Positions 1 to 12,464 are shown, numbered from the whole stretch's first letter. The stretch: 63,673 bases of DNA, filler included, from Chiloscyllium plagiosum (GCF_004010195.1; 4 parts of one record of this genome joined end to end with filler, not necessarily neighbours in it); one strand, 5' to 3'. Numbers and translations: made by a program. Notes: generated by a model from the letters alone, not told the origin.

Positions 1-831
1 TTTATGAAGAAAAACACCTTTGACCACAAGTCCATCAGGAAGTGGTCAGCACGTAGTGTCCTTGAGACCCTTCGGGAAAAGGAGAGGGCGGATCCTATTG
101 AGCGGTTCCCTGAGCAGGCTGTCAAAGCCATTTGGCAGAATGCCTCATTGCCAGAACTTTCCAACAAGCACCAAGACATGGTTTCGCTGGTGGTGAGAAG
201 GGCTCTGCCTGTGAGATCTTTTATGCACGCCTGGACTCTCAGCCACACCACACGCTGCTCGAAGCGGCTGCCGGGGGGGACGAGACTGTCACACACCTCC
301 TTCTGGAATGTGCCTACGCAGAAGTCTGGAGAGGAATGCAGTGGTGTTTGCTGAGGTTCATCCCAAGCAGCGCCGTGACGTGGGACTCCATGCTCTACAT
401 TCTGTTCCCCGGGACACACATCGAGATGAACATCAACTGTGCCTGGAGGATCATCAACTCAGTGAAGGACGCTCTCTGGGCGGTCCGAAACCTGTTGATC
501 TTCCAGCTGAAGGAGTTGACCCCGACTGAGTGTTGCAGACTGGCACATTCCAAGGTCCAGGACTACGTGTTGAGGGACGCGCTGAAGCTTGGGGCAGCTG
601 CCGCCTAGGCGCGGTGGGGAAAGACCACCGTGTAACATCTGCCTGCCTAAGAAGAACAGGGGGCCCACACGGTCATTTGGGCTTCGCTGATGCCTCAGCT
701 AAACAAATGGGCATAGGATTGATAAATTCTGATCTCTGTATGTAAACTTTTACGTATGTATGGTGTGACTAAATGTACAGACAATCAAATTATTTTATGA
801 AAAAAGTATATTTTTGAAATATAAAAAAAAA
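1..831 (+). mobile_element. L1/Tx1-clade LINE 3' end (zf-RVT C-terminus, frameshifted) with poly(A) tail
   Basis: Translations WQNASLPELSNKHQD...RRALPVR and GGDETVTHLLLECAYA match the C-terminal zinc-binding region of L1/Tx1 ORF2. An AT-rich 3'UTR ends in an A-run at ~823-831. Confidence 0.8.
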
Positions 832-962
832 GCTTTTGGAGCACTGCTCCTTTGTCACCTGACATCACCTGATGAAGGAGCAGTGCTCGGAAAGCTTGTG
901 ATTTCAAATAAACCTGTTGGATTATAACCTGGTGTCATGTGACTTCTGACTTTTATCCATTC
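830..962 (+). mobile_element. Penelope-like pLTR fragment with inverted head
   Basis: 830-857 is an inverted copy of 870-897. The tail aataaacctgttggattataacctggtgt is shared with the copies at 6293-6765 and 31487-31681. Confidence 0.75.
864..902 (+). ncRNA. Minimal type I hammerhead ribozyme motif (PLE-borne, one substitution)
   Basis: ATCAC-CTGATGA-A-GGAGC agt GCTCG-GAAA-GCTT-GTGAT: stem I ATCAC/GTGAT, core CUGAUGA and GAAA, palindromic AAGCUU stem III, one mismatch closing stem II. Confidence 0.6.
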
Positions 963-999
963 TTGTCATATTTTACCATTTGACTTGTGATTGTCCAAG

Positions 1000-1740
1000 T
1001 CATTTGGAGGGATCAAGATACTTTTGTTCAGAGTTTCAGTGATAAAATTACAAAGCTATGGTGTAGATAAATGGAGGAACAATCATGTATGTTGGCTGAG
1101 TGGAGTGGGCAATGTGTAAGAAGTTAGGATAGGAGAAATGCAGCGTTCTCCAAGGAATATTGTCTGGAGAAGGTGACAAAGAAAGGGAAGGGTGAGGCTG
1201 TGGATGGATTTGAACTTGAGTATAAAAGGCTTTAAATTTTGAAGGGGTGAAGGAACAGCTCTCAATGTCATTGAACAGTAAGATAATAGATGAGAGGGGC
1301 TTGGTGTTGGTTAGTAAAGCTTTGGCTGTGATCTACTATATGGAGGGTGTAGGATATGCATTTAAGACTGCACAGCCCTGGAACATTTAAGTTAGAAAAT
1401 AGCAAAAGCATAGATGAGTATTAAAGCAGAAAATGGGCTAAGGCATGTGTAAAAAGGTGAGATGCCTCAATTGGAAATTTAGCTTCAATTGCAGCTTCCA
1501 GATCAGCTTTGGAGATTTGGGACAATACCTCACTTTGTCAGAGTGACCTTGATGAATTATTGCCTGGATTTTGTATTTGCTGTCTTGGGGGTTTGGTTGG
1601 ATTAGAAATCAGGATGGGTGACATCCTGAAGGACTCAGAAAGCTGCCGAATGAGCAGACAGATTGGACAGAAAGGCTGCCTTGTTTATCCAGCATTTTAA
1701 AGTTTAAAAGTAAAGGAAGTTCAGGGTCCTGATTGATGAA
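1000..1740 (-). mobile_element. Old L2-like LINE fragment
   Basis: The minus-strand peptide NLKPFILKFKSIHSLTLPFLCHLLQ resembles the L2 ORF2 C-terminus (FKILLLVFKSLHGLAPPYL). Highly degraded. Confidence 0.45.
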
Positions 1741-1914
1741 TGTCTAACATACAAATGCTCATACTTATAAATAATGAGGTGCCGGTGTTGGATTGGGATG
1801 GACAAAGTTAAAAATTACGCAGCACCAGGTTATACACTTATAAGGTGTTGATTTTAAAGGATCTGATCTACTAACATTTCCTGAACTTATGATTAATTGC
1901 TTTCTATTTTCATA

Positions 1915-2166
1915 AAATCCCCACAGTGTGGAAGCAGGCAATTCAGCCCATTGAATCCAGACCAACTGTCTGAAGAACATCCCTGTAATCCTGCAGGTCC
2001 CATGGTCAGTCCACCTAACCTACGGATCTTTGGACTGTGGGAGGAAACCCACATAAATGCAGGGAGAATCTGCAAATTCCAAACAGACAGTTGCCCAAAA
2101 GTGGAATTGAAGCCACGTCCCTGGTGCTGTGAGACAGCAGCGTGAATCACTGATCCACTGTGTCAC
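1915..2166 (-). mobile_element. HE1-like tRNA-derived V-SINE
   Basis: The reverse complement has the tRNA-like head and the ctgtttggaatttgcagattctccc...gggtttcctcccacagtccaaagat body seen in the other copies. Confidence 0.8.
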
Positions 2167-3084
2167 ACCTATGTACACAAATTCCCTAGTGGATGGACTC
2201 CATAATGGAACTGGGGAGTGACCTTATATTTATTTTGTCCAGTGTTCACCATGGACATCAAGACTCACACAGAAATGAGAAACAGGAAGTTCCATAAAAT
2301 AAAGTTCAAAAGCTGGAATCTTCCAGTCCTGGAGACTGTGTGCATAAAGATGGGAAGACATCTTAATGAGGAGGGATAGAGGATACTAAAACCCAAACGT
2401 AATCTTCCAGTTGACTACCAATTGAGGTCCTTGCATTACAAATTATTTACCATTTAAGTGCTTCTCTCAGCCTGGGATGCTATTATTTCAGCTCCAGCTA
2501 GAACAAGTAAAACGTGGTTGACTCGACAGGTAAACTAACCGGTTGGGGTGGAGGGAATCATTCAGTCTCCACTGATGTGTGCAGGATTGAGGTGGGGTAA
2601 AAACAAAAAAATGCTGGAAATCCCAATGGGTCAAGCAACATCCTAGGACAGAGAGTTATCTAACATTTTGAGTCTAGATGACTCACTGGATGTAGGGCAT
2701 GGGTTGGCAGCTGAGAACCATGCCCCTGTCCTTGTTTCTTATCCATTGGCTGCTGCTCATCTTGTGACCTCTAAGCTATAGAAATCCCAATCCCCACCCC
2801 CCCATCCAAAAGCACTTACCTGCCACCTGAGTGCTGGTGATGTTGGTTTCCTCCTGGTAGCAGTCTCAGCCTTCTTGATGGTGCTACAGGTGCAAGAGCA
2901 GCAGCATTCTAATTGACCATCAGCTCTCCCTGGGCAAGACTTGCATCCCCAGGAAACTGGTTTCAACGAAAGACCTGTTGCTGCCCTCCGAACTGGCTAT
3001 TGAAGAAAAATATATGGCAGACCTGACTCTGAAGAGTCAGCCTATGTGTCTCACCACCTTTTGAACATAAAGAAAGACTCTTGA

Positions 3085-3285
3085 TGAGAACAGAATCGAT
3101 AAAGTGTAGCACTGGAAAAAGCACAGCAGGTTACACAGCAACTAAAGAGCAAGCGAGTCGACGTTTCAGGAAGTAGGTTTATGCCCGAAATGTTGATTCT
3201 CGTTCTCCTCGGATGCTGTGCTTTTTCCAGTGCCACACTTTATCGACTCTGACTCTCCAGCATCCTCAGTCCTCACTAGCTCTTA
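3085..3285. mobile_element. PLE-derived fold-back (inverted pLTR) mini-element
   Basis: Arms tcgataaagtgtagcactggaaaaagcacagca and tgctgtgctttttccagtgccacactttatcga are inverted. The centre is a degenerate hammerhead (gacgtttc...gcccgaaatgtt). Confidence 0.75.
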
Positions 3286-3804
3286 CTTGGTTAAAACAGA
3301 AAATTTTTCCCCATGTGTCAGGATATCTTGAGAAAGACTCTCATTCATGAAAACCCACTTACTAAATTTGTATTCTTTCACAGAAATAAAACTTTAAACC
3401 AACAAACATTTCATGCCAGCAAATAATTTCCTGGAATAACAAGCATCAGAAATCATAGTCCCACATCAAAAGATCTACAACCACTTACAGCTGTCAAACA
3501 GAACGTCAAATGGAAGGCAGCCTGCTGTAATACTGGAAGGTTGTGAAATCAGACATATAGCAGTTATCCAGTAATGGAAACCCTTGGAATTACTTTATTA
3601 AATAAAGTTAAATGACAAAAAATCTTTTTTTTTTTATAAGTCTATCAAAATATTCTTTTAAATAAGCTAATGGAGCAAGACTTTTAAATGCCTTGACAGT
3701 TTAAACAGGTTCCTGCGGTATTTTGGGTAGAAGGATGCTGCTACCAATAAGGGCCAAGTTGGTTTACAATGGGAGTGGAGAAATCACTAGTAAATCTTCA
3801 CAAG

Positions 3805-3928
3805 ACTAGGTTTTTGCCCGAAATGTCAATTCTACTGCTCCTCGGATGCTGCCTGAACTGCTGTGCTTTTCCAGCATCTCTCTAATCTAGACTCTGGTTT
3901 CCAGCATCTGCAGTCATTGTTTTTACCT
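3805..3928 (+). mobile_element. PLE pLTR 3' fragment
   Basis: gcccgaaatgtc...ctcggatgctgcctgaactgctgtgc...ccagcatctgcagtcattgtttttacc, near-identical to 14150-14262. Confidence 0.75.
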
Positions 3929-4234
3929 TCACAAGACGAGGCTCCAGTCAAGGCTGAAGTAGACATGCTTTTAATCAGAAAGGGAATTGATGGCTATGGA
4001 AAAGAAAAGCAGGAGCATCGAATTGAAAATGATCAAATCTGCCATGATCTCATTACGTAGAAAAACAAACTCAATAACCTACTTCTACTCCATCCCTTTA
4101 AGGACTTTATGTCTTAAGATATAATTTAATCCAACTAGGTTCACATTATTTTAGTTATTTAAATAAATCTGTCTGCATCGAGATCCAGTGCTATTATTCT
4201 GATTTCCCCACCCTAGACCATTTGACATCATCAA

Positions 4235-4752
4235 GGTCTCCCTCCTGTAGGAAAGATGTTGTGAAACTTGAAAGGGTACAGAAAAGATTTGCAAGGATGT
4301 TGCCAGGATTGGAGGGTTTGAGCTAGTGGGAGAGGCTGAATAGATGGGGGCTATTTTCCCTGGAGCATCAGAGGCTGAGAGGTGACCTTACGTGGTTTAT
4401 AAAATCATGAGGGGCATGGATAAGGTAAATAGACAAATGTCTTTTCCCTGGGGTGGGGGAGTCCAGAACTAGAGGCCATAGGTTTAGGGTGAGAGGGGAA
4501 AGATTTCAAAGGGACTTAAGGGGCAACTTTTTCACAGAGAGGGTGGTGCATGTGTGAAATGAGCTGCCAGGGGAAGTGGTGGAGGCTGGTATAATTGCAA
4601 CATTTAAAAGAAATCTGGGTGGGTATATGAACAGGAAAGGAATGGAGCGATGGGCCAAATGCTGGCAAATGGGACTAGATTAATTTAGGATGCCTGGTCA
4701 ACATGGATGAGGGTCTGTTTCCATGCTGTACATCTCTGTGACTATGACTCTA
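4235..4752 (+). mobile_element. CR1 LINE 3' fragment
   Basis: Encodes RKDVVKLERVQKRFARMLPG...LFSLEHQRLRGDL, followed by a typical CR1 3'UTR. Confidence 0.9.
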
Positions 4753-5212
4753 ATTTGGGTGGAGTTTAATATAGTCTCCATCGTTAACCTTTTAAGAGTC
4801 ATTACCTCACAGAACACCTGCTTCGAAAGGTGCTTTCCACATGTCCTCTTGACATATTTGACAAATTTCTTTGTCTGATCATCTTAATACCTTTGAGATA
4901 TCTGCTTCACAGGTCTGTTTTGCAGATAATTCTGACAGATTTGACAGTGGATTTTAATAGGTTCAACTGCTTCCAATTCGCTTGTCAGTCATGAGGTCAT
5001 ACAGACATTTTTATACATATTCCTACCTACTGTTGTAATATTTTGATAATGCAACATATTTCTAAGCTATTACATTGACAGTTTATTGTTTGTGATCAGG
5101 CCTTATCTTTTTTTAAAAAATTGCTAAACTTGTATTTCTGTGAGTGAGACAATTAACTTAAGCAGCTGCTTATGTGGAACTGGGCTTGCTGGCTCATTAC
5201 ACAAAGGTACTA

Positions 5213-5943
5213 CAAGTACACAATCCTTTATCCGAAATTCTGAAATCCAAAAAGCTCCCAAGTCCGTAATTGTTTTTCATGGAGTGTGGAATGGATGTAT
5301 CATGGCAACTGTACCATTCAAGATCGGAGACGGTTACAGAGAGTGGTGAACTCGGCCTAGACAATCACAAAGACCAACCTCCCATCAATAGAATCCATCT
5401 ACCAGGCCCACTGTCAAGGAAAGACCGCCGGCATTCTCAAATATCCATCCCACCCTGGCAATGTTTTTTTATAACCTCTACCTTTGGGGAGAAAGTGCAG
5501 AAGCCTGGACATATGCACCAGCTGGTTTTGAAACAGTTACTATCCTACTGTTGTTGGAATACTGAATGGACTCAAACTCTGAACATTCGCCTGTACCTGG
5601 ATATTTTTGCCGCTGTTTACCTATTATTGCTTATCTGTGCTACTGATCTCTGTGATCTGCCTGTACTACTCATAAGACAAAATCTTTCACTGTGCCTCGG
5701 TAAACGTGACAATAAATTCAATTCAATTCAATTCAATTTTGGTGTGCAAACAGGTGACCCAACTCTACTCTCACTTGAACTATGTCAGTCAGATGTAGCA
5801 CTGGCAGGCGTCAATTGTGTCTCAGCACTCTTACTTTTTTTAATTTCACTGTGAAAATGTCATTTATTCCAAAATCCGAAAAATTCCGAATTCCAAAATA
5901 AACAACAAGCCCCAAGGATTTTGGATAAAGAATTGTGTACCTG
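5213..5943. mobile_element. Tc1/mariner (Tigger-like) MITE with TA TSD and nested LINE
   Basis: Left end TA-caagtacacaatcctttatccgaaat versus reverse complement of the right end TA-caggtacacaattctttatccaaaat. TA at 5211-12 and 5944-45. Confidence 0.85.
5295..5737 (+). mobile_element. Rex1/Babar-type LINE 3' end nested in the MITE
   Basis: Encodes GNCTIQDRRRLQRVVNSA...LPSIESIYQAHCQGKTAGILKYPSHP and ends in AATAAA plus an (ATTCA)n tail. Confidence 0.75.
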
Positions 5944-6292
5944 TAAAGGGTCTGGACTCAGCAATTGCATTGGTTTTAATAATGGTACTTGCAATTTAAG
6001 GTTTATTTATCAGCTCTTTTAAAAAAAAAAGCAAGAGGTTTGAACTTAGCAGCTTGAACTGTGTATGAAACCTATTTTTAAACAAGAGTAATTGATTTTG
6101 AAGTGATATAAATTTGAAAACCGATTTGGTCAATTAACTAAAAAAATGCAGAACAAAACATCTATGTTTTTAAAACACAATCTGATGTTCTGCCAGAAAC
6201 CTTTGTTCTTAATTTTTTATATATGCCTGGGAATGTTAGGTGAATGTTTTCACAATAGTTGATGTTATTGGTACAAAGATGTAATATTATTT

Positions 6293-6765
6293 TTGATTTG
6301 GAGGAGTCAGTATTGCACTGGGGTGGACAAAGATAAAAATCACACAACACCAGGTTATAGTCCAACAGGTTTATTTGGAAGCACTAGTTTTCAAAGCACT
6401 GCTCCTTTATCAGGTGGTTGTGAAGCAGAATCATAAGACAGAGAATTAATATCAAAAGATTATAGTGTCATGCAGCTGAAATGATATATTGAACAAACCT
6501 AGATTAAGTCTTTCATCTTTTAGAATGGGTTTGCTAGTTTCGGTTCTTTAATATGTAAATCCTAGAACTTCTTTTAAGTTACATTCTAAAGATAACAATC
6601 TAGGTTTGTTCAATATATCATTTCAGCTGCATGACGCTGTAACCTTTTGTTATAGATTCTGTCTTTTATGACCTTGCTTCACAACCACCTGATGAAGAAG
6701 CAGTGCTTCTAGAGCTAGTGCCTCCAAATAAACCTTTTGGTCCTGGTGTTGTGTGATTTTTAATT
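6293..6765. mobile_element. PLE-derived long fold-back element
   Basis: About 170-bp inverted arms (6335-6505 and 6597-6762) flank a ~90-bp spacer. CTGATGA core at 6689. Possible TATTATTT TSD at 6285-92 and 6766-73. Confidence 0.8.
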
Positions 6766-7446
6766 TATTATTTGCACATCGAAAAGATATGTCATTTTTT
6801 TCACACTGATAAGTTTCTGGAGCCTTGGAGAATAAGAGATGGACAAATGCTCAACTTGCAAGACTGTGTTTACAGAGCTGGGGCAACACATTCTGACTTA
6901 CATCTTAAGTTCAATAAGAATTAATTTGAACAATTTCCTTATAAGAAATAAGACACCCTTGGAATTAAGTGTTGGACACTTTTGTTGCACAGTTTTACCA
7001 TAGCTTCTAGGTTAATTCTTCTGAAACACGCTGTAATGTAATATCACTTTAGAGATCGAAGAGGGGCATTGATTGTCTTTGCAATGTTCAATGACTCCTG
7101 GATCTTCTGGTAAGAAACTTCCATGTTGTCTTCACTGTTTGTTATGAGACAAGTAGAATTTGTTAAGGAAGAGTTCATAATCACTTCACAAACAATTGTT
7201 ATCTTGTTAGGTCAGGCATAATTGAGGACTTCATTGTTATGAATTAACATTTCTGAAATTCTCAACTTTTATAGTAAAAAGATTTCATGCTTCAAACTCC
7301 TACCCCCCCCATAATTTACACTTGCCACAGTTCCAAAGGACACCTTACCTTCCCCCGCACCAAGCGTGCATTCAGACATTATGTAAATATTTTTCTCACT
7401 TCTCCAAAATTAAAGCTTTGTGAAAAAGCTTTTTCTTTTGGTGGCA

Positions 7447-7814
7447 GTTGGAGTGGGAGGACCAACAGCAAGGGCCAGAGGCCCAACAGGTAGTTGGAGT
7501 GGGAGGAAGGACATCGAGGACCAGAGGCCCGAAAGGATGTTGGAGTGGGAGGAATGACAGTGAGGACCAGAGGCCCGACAGGAAGTTGGAGTGGGAGGAG
7601 TGTCACTGAGGACCAGAGGCCTGACAGGAAGTTGGAGTGGGAGGAGTGTCAGTGAGGACCAGAGGCCCGACAGGAAGTTGGAGTGGGAGGAGTGTCACTG
7701 AGGACCAGAGGCCTGACAGGAAGTTGGAGTGGGAGGAGTGTCAGTGAGGACCAGAGGCCTGACAGGAAGTTGGAATGGGAGGAACGACAGCGAAGACCAG
7801 AGGTCTGAAGGGCA
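7447..7814 (+). repeat. Tandem array of eight 46-bp monomers at the CR1 5' end
   Basis: Unit gttggagtgggaggagtgtcastgaggaccagaggccygacaggaa, repeated 8 times. Confidence 0.95.
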
Positions 7815-9860
7815 GATAAATTTTAAAAGATATAATGGTTTACCTCGTGTATAGGCAGAGTGCACACTGAACAGGAGCAGACACAGGACAACTGGGTAAG
7901 TGAGGCTTTATACTTAGGTGGTTGCTTTACCCGAAACACTACTCTGGTAGTGTCTCCCATTCATCCTCCCCCTCCTCCTCCTCCTCCTCCTCCTCCTGTA
8001 ACAAAAAAAAAGAGTTTCTGTACGCCAATTGGTAAGGAGACTTTTTTTATAGTTTTCAATAGTCTCGTTAGGAATTTAGAGTAGTGGGAATGCAGGCTAG
8101 GGCAGTTGAATGTTCCTCCTGCAGAATGTGGGAGGTAAGGGTCACCAGTAGTGTCCCTGCTGACTGCTTCTGTGGGAAGTGCATCCAACTTAACTCCTTG
8201 ATAACCACCTTGGGGAACCGGAGCTGGAGCAGAATGAACTTCGGATCATTCGGGAGGTGGAGGGGGTTATTGAGAGGAGTTACAGGGAGGTAGTCACACA
8301 CCTCAGGTTAAAAAAAAAGAAGGTAGATGGGTTACTGTCAGGGGACAGAAAGGGAACCAGCAGGCAGTGCGGGGATCCCCTGTGGTCATTCCCCTCAACA
8401 ACAAGTATACTGTTTTGGATACTATTGGGGGAGACAACTTACCATGGGTCAGCAATGGGGCACAGGTCTCTGGCACAGAGTCAGTTGCTCAAAGGGAAGG
8501 GGGAAGAGGAGTAGAGCATTGGCGTTTGGGGACCCCTTAGTTAGGGGGATGGATGGAAGGTTCTGTGGGACTGAGAGAGACTCATGGTTGGTGTGTTGCC
8601 TCCCAGGTGCCAAGGTTCATGGTATCTCTGATTCTGTTTTCAGTATCCTTGAGGGGGATGGGGAGCAGCCACATAGGCACCAACGACATAGGTCAGAAGA
8701 GAGATGGGGATTTAAAGCAGAAATTCAGGGAGCTAGGGTGGAAGATTAGAACTAGAACAAACAGAGTTGTTATCTCTGATTTGTTACCCATCCCATGTGC
8801 TAGCGAGGCAAGGAATAGGAAGAGGGAGGAGTTGAACAAATGGCTACATCAATGGTACAGCAGGGAGGGTTTTGGACTCCTGGATAATTGGGGCTCTGTC
8901 TGGGGTGGGACCTCTACAAACAGAATGGTCTTTACCTGAACCAGAGGGGTACCAATATCCTGGGGAGGAGATTTGCTAATGCTCTTCGGGAGGGTTTAAA
9001 CTAATTCAGCAGGGGGATGGGATCCAAAATTGTAGTTCATGTATACAAGGGGATGAGAGTTGTGAAGTCAGAACGAAGATTTCAAGAAGGCACCGGCAAG
9101 CAAGAAATTGGTTTGAAGTGTGTCTCCTGCAATGCCAGGAGCATCCGGAATTAAGTGGGTGAACTTGCAGCATGGGTTGGTACCTTTGACTTAGATGTTG
9201 TGGCCATTTTAGAGACATGGGTAGAGCAGGGACAGGAATGATTTTTGCAGGTTCTGGGATTTAGATGTTTCAGTAAGAACAGAGAAAATGGTAAAAGAGG
9301 GGGTGGTATGGCACTTTTAGTCAAGGACAGTATTACGGTGGCAGAAAGGACATTGAGGACTTGTCTATGAAGTAGTATGGGTTGAGATTAGAAACAGGAA
9401 AGGAGAGGTCACCCTGTTGGGAGTTTTCTATCGGCATCTGGAAAGGTCATATGAGAAAAGACTGAGAGACTTGAGACTGTTTTTGTTAGAGAGAAGAAGG
9501 TTGAGAGGCAACTTAATTGAGACACATAGGATAACAGCGGGACAGACAGGTTGCACAGTAAGAGCCTTTCTCCTTGGATAGGATGGCTAGCACAAGGGAA
9601 CATATCTTTAAATTGAGCGGTGATAAATATAGGACAGATGTCAGAGGTAGTTTCTTTACTCAGAGAGTGGTAGCGACGTGGAACACACTGCCAGCAACAG
9701 TAGTAGACTCACCAACTTTAAGGGTATTTAAGTGGTCATTGCATAAGCATATGGACGAGAATGGAATAGTGTAGGTTAGATGGACTTTAGATTGGTTCCA
9801 CAGGTTGGCACAACATCGAGGGTCAAAGGGCCTATACTGTGCTGGAACATTCCATGTTCC
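7815..9860 (+). mobile_element. CR1 LINE: 5'UTR, ORF1 (zinc finger + SGNH esterase), ORF2 endonuclease start fused to the ORF2 C-terminus
   Basis: ORF1 MQARAVECSSCRMWE...CGKC, GDPLVRG, HIGTNDIG. Endonuclease start from ~9110. Jump at ~9444 to SYEKRLRDL. (CCT)n at 7965-7997. Confidence 0.88.
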
Positions 9861-10356
9861 AAGGCTCAGATCTGCTCAAACTCTGCACACTTCTGGGTTT
9901 CACAGTCCACAAAGTCACCATATCCCACTTGATTAAATGAATGACCAACTGCCCACTTCAATGTGTAAATCCCAACCTGACTCTTTTCCCTTCTTCACAA
10001 AACATGGGACATTCTGTGACAGGGTGGAATTGTTATTTTCTCAGCTCATTACCATCATCCACTATAGCTGAAATTGTAAGATTCAGCTCAAGGCCATTCT
10101 TTCCACTTGGAATTAGTAGCCTGAGTAATGCCAACAAGAAAGGTTAGTGGCAGTGAATCTATTCAAGATATCCCAGATCATATCTGACATTGTCAGATGA
10201 TGACAGCAGTGAGATCTTTGTAAGATGCTGGCAATGATGGGATTCACTGTCTATCATAAGACTCCATAGCACAATCATAGAGGGGATCACTTCTGAGTTA
10301 GATGGGGATGTCTCACGATTATGGTAGAGGCCAAAGTCTGTTTGGCTACAGACTTG

Positions 10357-10980
10357 GGAGATAGTACGGTGGCTCAGTGGTTAGCACTGCTGCCTCACAG
10401 CACCAGGACCCCAGGTTTGATTCCAGCCTCAAGGCGACTGTCTGTGTGGAGTTTGCACATTCTCCCCATGTCGGTGTGGATTTCCTCCCACAATCCCAAA
10501 GATGTGCACATCAGGTGAATTGGCCATGCTAAATTGCCCATAGTGTTAGAGTAGGGGAATGGGTCTGGGTGGGTAATAGACAATAGGTGCAGGAGTAGGC
10601 CATTCTTCCCTTCGAGCCAGCACCACCATTCATTATGATCATGGCTGATCATCCTCAATCAGTATCCTGTTCCTGCCTTATCTCCATAACCCTTGATTCC
10701 ACTATCCTTGAGAGCTCTATCCAACTCTTTCTTAAACGAATCCAGAGACTGGGCCTCCACTGCCTTCTGGGGCAGAGCATTCCACTTTTAGAAGTTCTGT
10801 TCCTCTCTCCGACAGGAGTTTTGAGGAAGGGTCACCGAACTCGAAATGTTAACATCAATTTCTCTCCACAAATGCTGCCAGATCTGCTGACCTTTTCCAG
10901 AAATTTCTGTTTTTGTCCTTGTTAATCTTCGGAGGGTCAGTGTTGGGCCTATTTCCATACTGTAGGGAGTCTAATCTAAA
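10357..10980 (+). mobile_element. HE1-like V-SINE interrupted by a CR1 3' fragment (10577-10787, -) and a PLE fragment (10788-10920, +)
   Basis: Head tggctcagtggttagcactgctgcctcacag. The SINE tail resumes at ~10926 (cttcggagggtcagtg...tctaatcta). Confidence 0.8.
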
Positions 10981-11537
10981 ACATTCATGGGCTATGGGAA
11001 GGGAAATTAGAGATGAGATGCTGTTTTGTAAGAACAATGAGTCGAATTTGCATTTTGTTAAAGTGGTAATGATGTTGGCAAATTTGTAAGTCAGAGGAGA
11101 AGAAATTGCTTATGATGTCATCCAGTATGAAAGCTGGTAAAGGAAAGTAAATGATGAGCAATGGGGACCAAATCAACCATGGGATGGGTGGAGGGATTTC
11201 AGAACAGACAGAGACTGGAGATATTACAGATTCAGAGCTAGGGCTTCAGGCTAATATAAGGGAAGTATATTTGATGCTAAAGAAGGGAGGAGGTAGTAAA
11301 GTCTGGATAGTCTCAATCTTTGAACTAGAATTTGAATGAGGTTTATTATTATTTGTACTCAAATGAGTACAGTGAAGAGTTTACAAGTCGCCACTTACAG
11401 TGCCATCCAAGTTACAAGGATTCTTCAAATACTTCTGCAATTGAGTTTATGTGACAATAAAATCTAAATCTTAGGAAATAAAACTGAAGACATAAAGAAA
11501 TAAATAGTCTAGTGCTACAAATCTAAGTGACCTACTA

Positions 11538-11884
11538 CTGTATATACTCGAGGAATGATCAACCTCATCTAAAGGTTGACCCCATATTTTTGGCCAAAAA
11601 TTCTGGAATTTTCCATATATTTCATGTAAGAGTCTACCTTAGTTCATCACAGATAACAGATCAATATTTATGAGTCAGTCCGCCAGCATTAAGCACCCTG
11701 TTTTGGGTTTTCAGAATTAATTTGTTGTGTTTGCTTCTTTATTTGTTTAGAGATCAGTTGGACTTCTGCTGATGACACAGAATGAATTTTGACGGGCATG
11801 ACTTTCAGCCACTCAAAAGTAGTATCCATAAATTTTACCTTAAAAAGTAGTCAAAAAAATTAACTGTTACTCGAGTATATATGG
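11538..11884. mobile_element. Tc1/mariner (Tc2/pogo-like) MITE
   Basis: TIRs TA-ctgtatatactcgag and ctcgagtatatatgg-TA. Confidence 0.75.
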
Positions 11885-12039
11885 TATTCTTGTTTTAGAG
11901 GTGAAAGTGGAGGGTGCAGAGACAAATGGTTAAAGAGATTATTGGTGGTGGACAAGAGAAGAAAATTGTCATTTCTGAATTCTTGGATGATTCTCAAACA
12001 GTAAACAGTTTTGCAGAGTTGAGCTAGGTTCAATAACTT

Positions 12040-12392
12040 CTTTTTAATTCATTCATGTGGTGATAAATAGCTAAGCCAATATTTATTGCCCATCCCTAAA
12101 TGCCAACAGGGCAGTTAAGAGTCAACCATATTGCTGTGGATCTGAAGTCTCATGTTGGCCAGACCAGGTCAGGATGACAGCTTCCTTCCCTGAAGGACAT
12201 TAGTGAACTAGGTAGGTTTTTCAAACAAGCAACAATGGATTCATGGTCATTTTTAGACTCTTGGTTCCAGATTTTTGTTAAATTCAAATGCCACCACCTG
12301 TCATAGCAGGATTCAAATCTGGGTCACAGAATGTGATCTGGGTCTCTGGATTAACAGTCTAGTGATAATACCACTAGGCCATTACCTGCCCA
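12040..12392 (-). mobile_element. tRNA-derived SINE, second family (probably MetaSINE-type core)
   Basis: The minus strand has the core gttcactaatgtccttcagggaaggaa...ggtctggcc and the tail gggatgggcaataaat. Related copies at 16053, 19445 and 37735. The family name is from memory and unverified. Confidence 0.7.
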
Positions 12393-12464
12393 CACAATGG
12401 CTAATGTTGTCCAGTCATATCTCAATGACTAGATAAAATATATTTTTTAAAGTTCTTCTTGAGC

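Noticed and set aside
2810..2970. Minus-strand CAG|GTAAGT donor and Cys-rich ORF
   Set aside because: It has no good acceptor and the context looks like an old degraded repeat.
5270..5854. 194-aa ORF
   Set aside because: It is an off-frame read through a Rex/Babar fragment and a MITE.
7447..7814. CRISPR-like regular repeat
   Set aside because: The monomers are contiguous with no unique spacers, there are no cas genes, and the context is vertebrate.
7896..8052. Possible intron in the CR1 5'UTR (GTAAGT...tttttatAG)
   Set aside because: The motifs alone are insufficient, and there is no spliced copy in the window for comparison.
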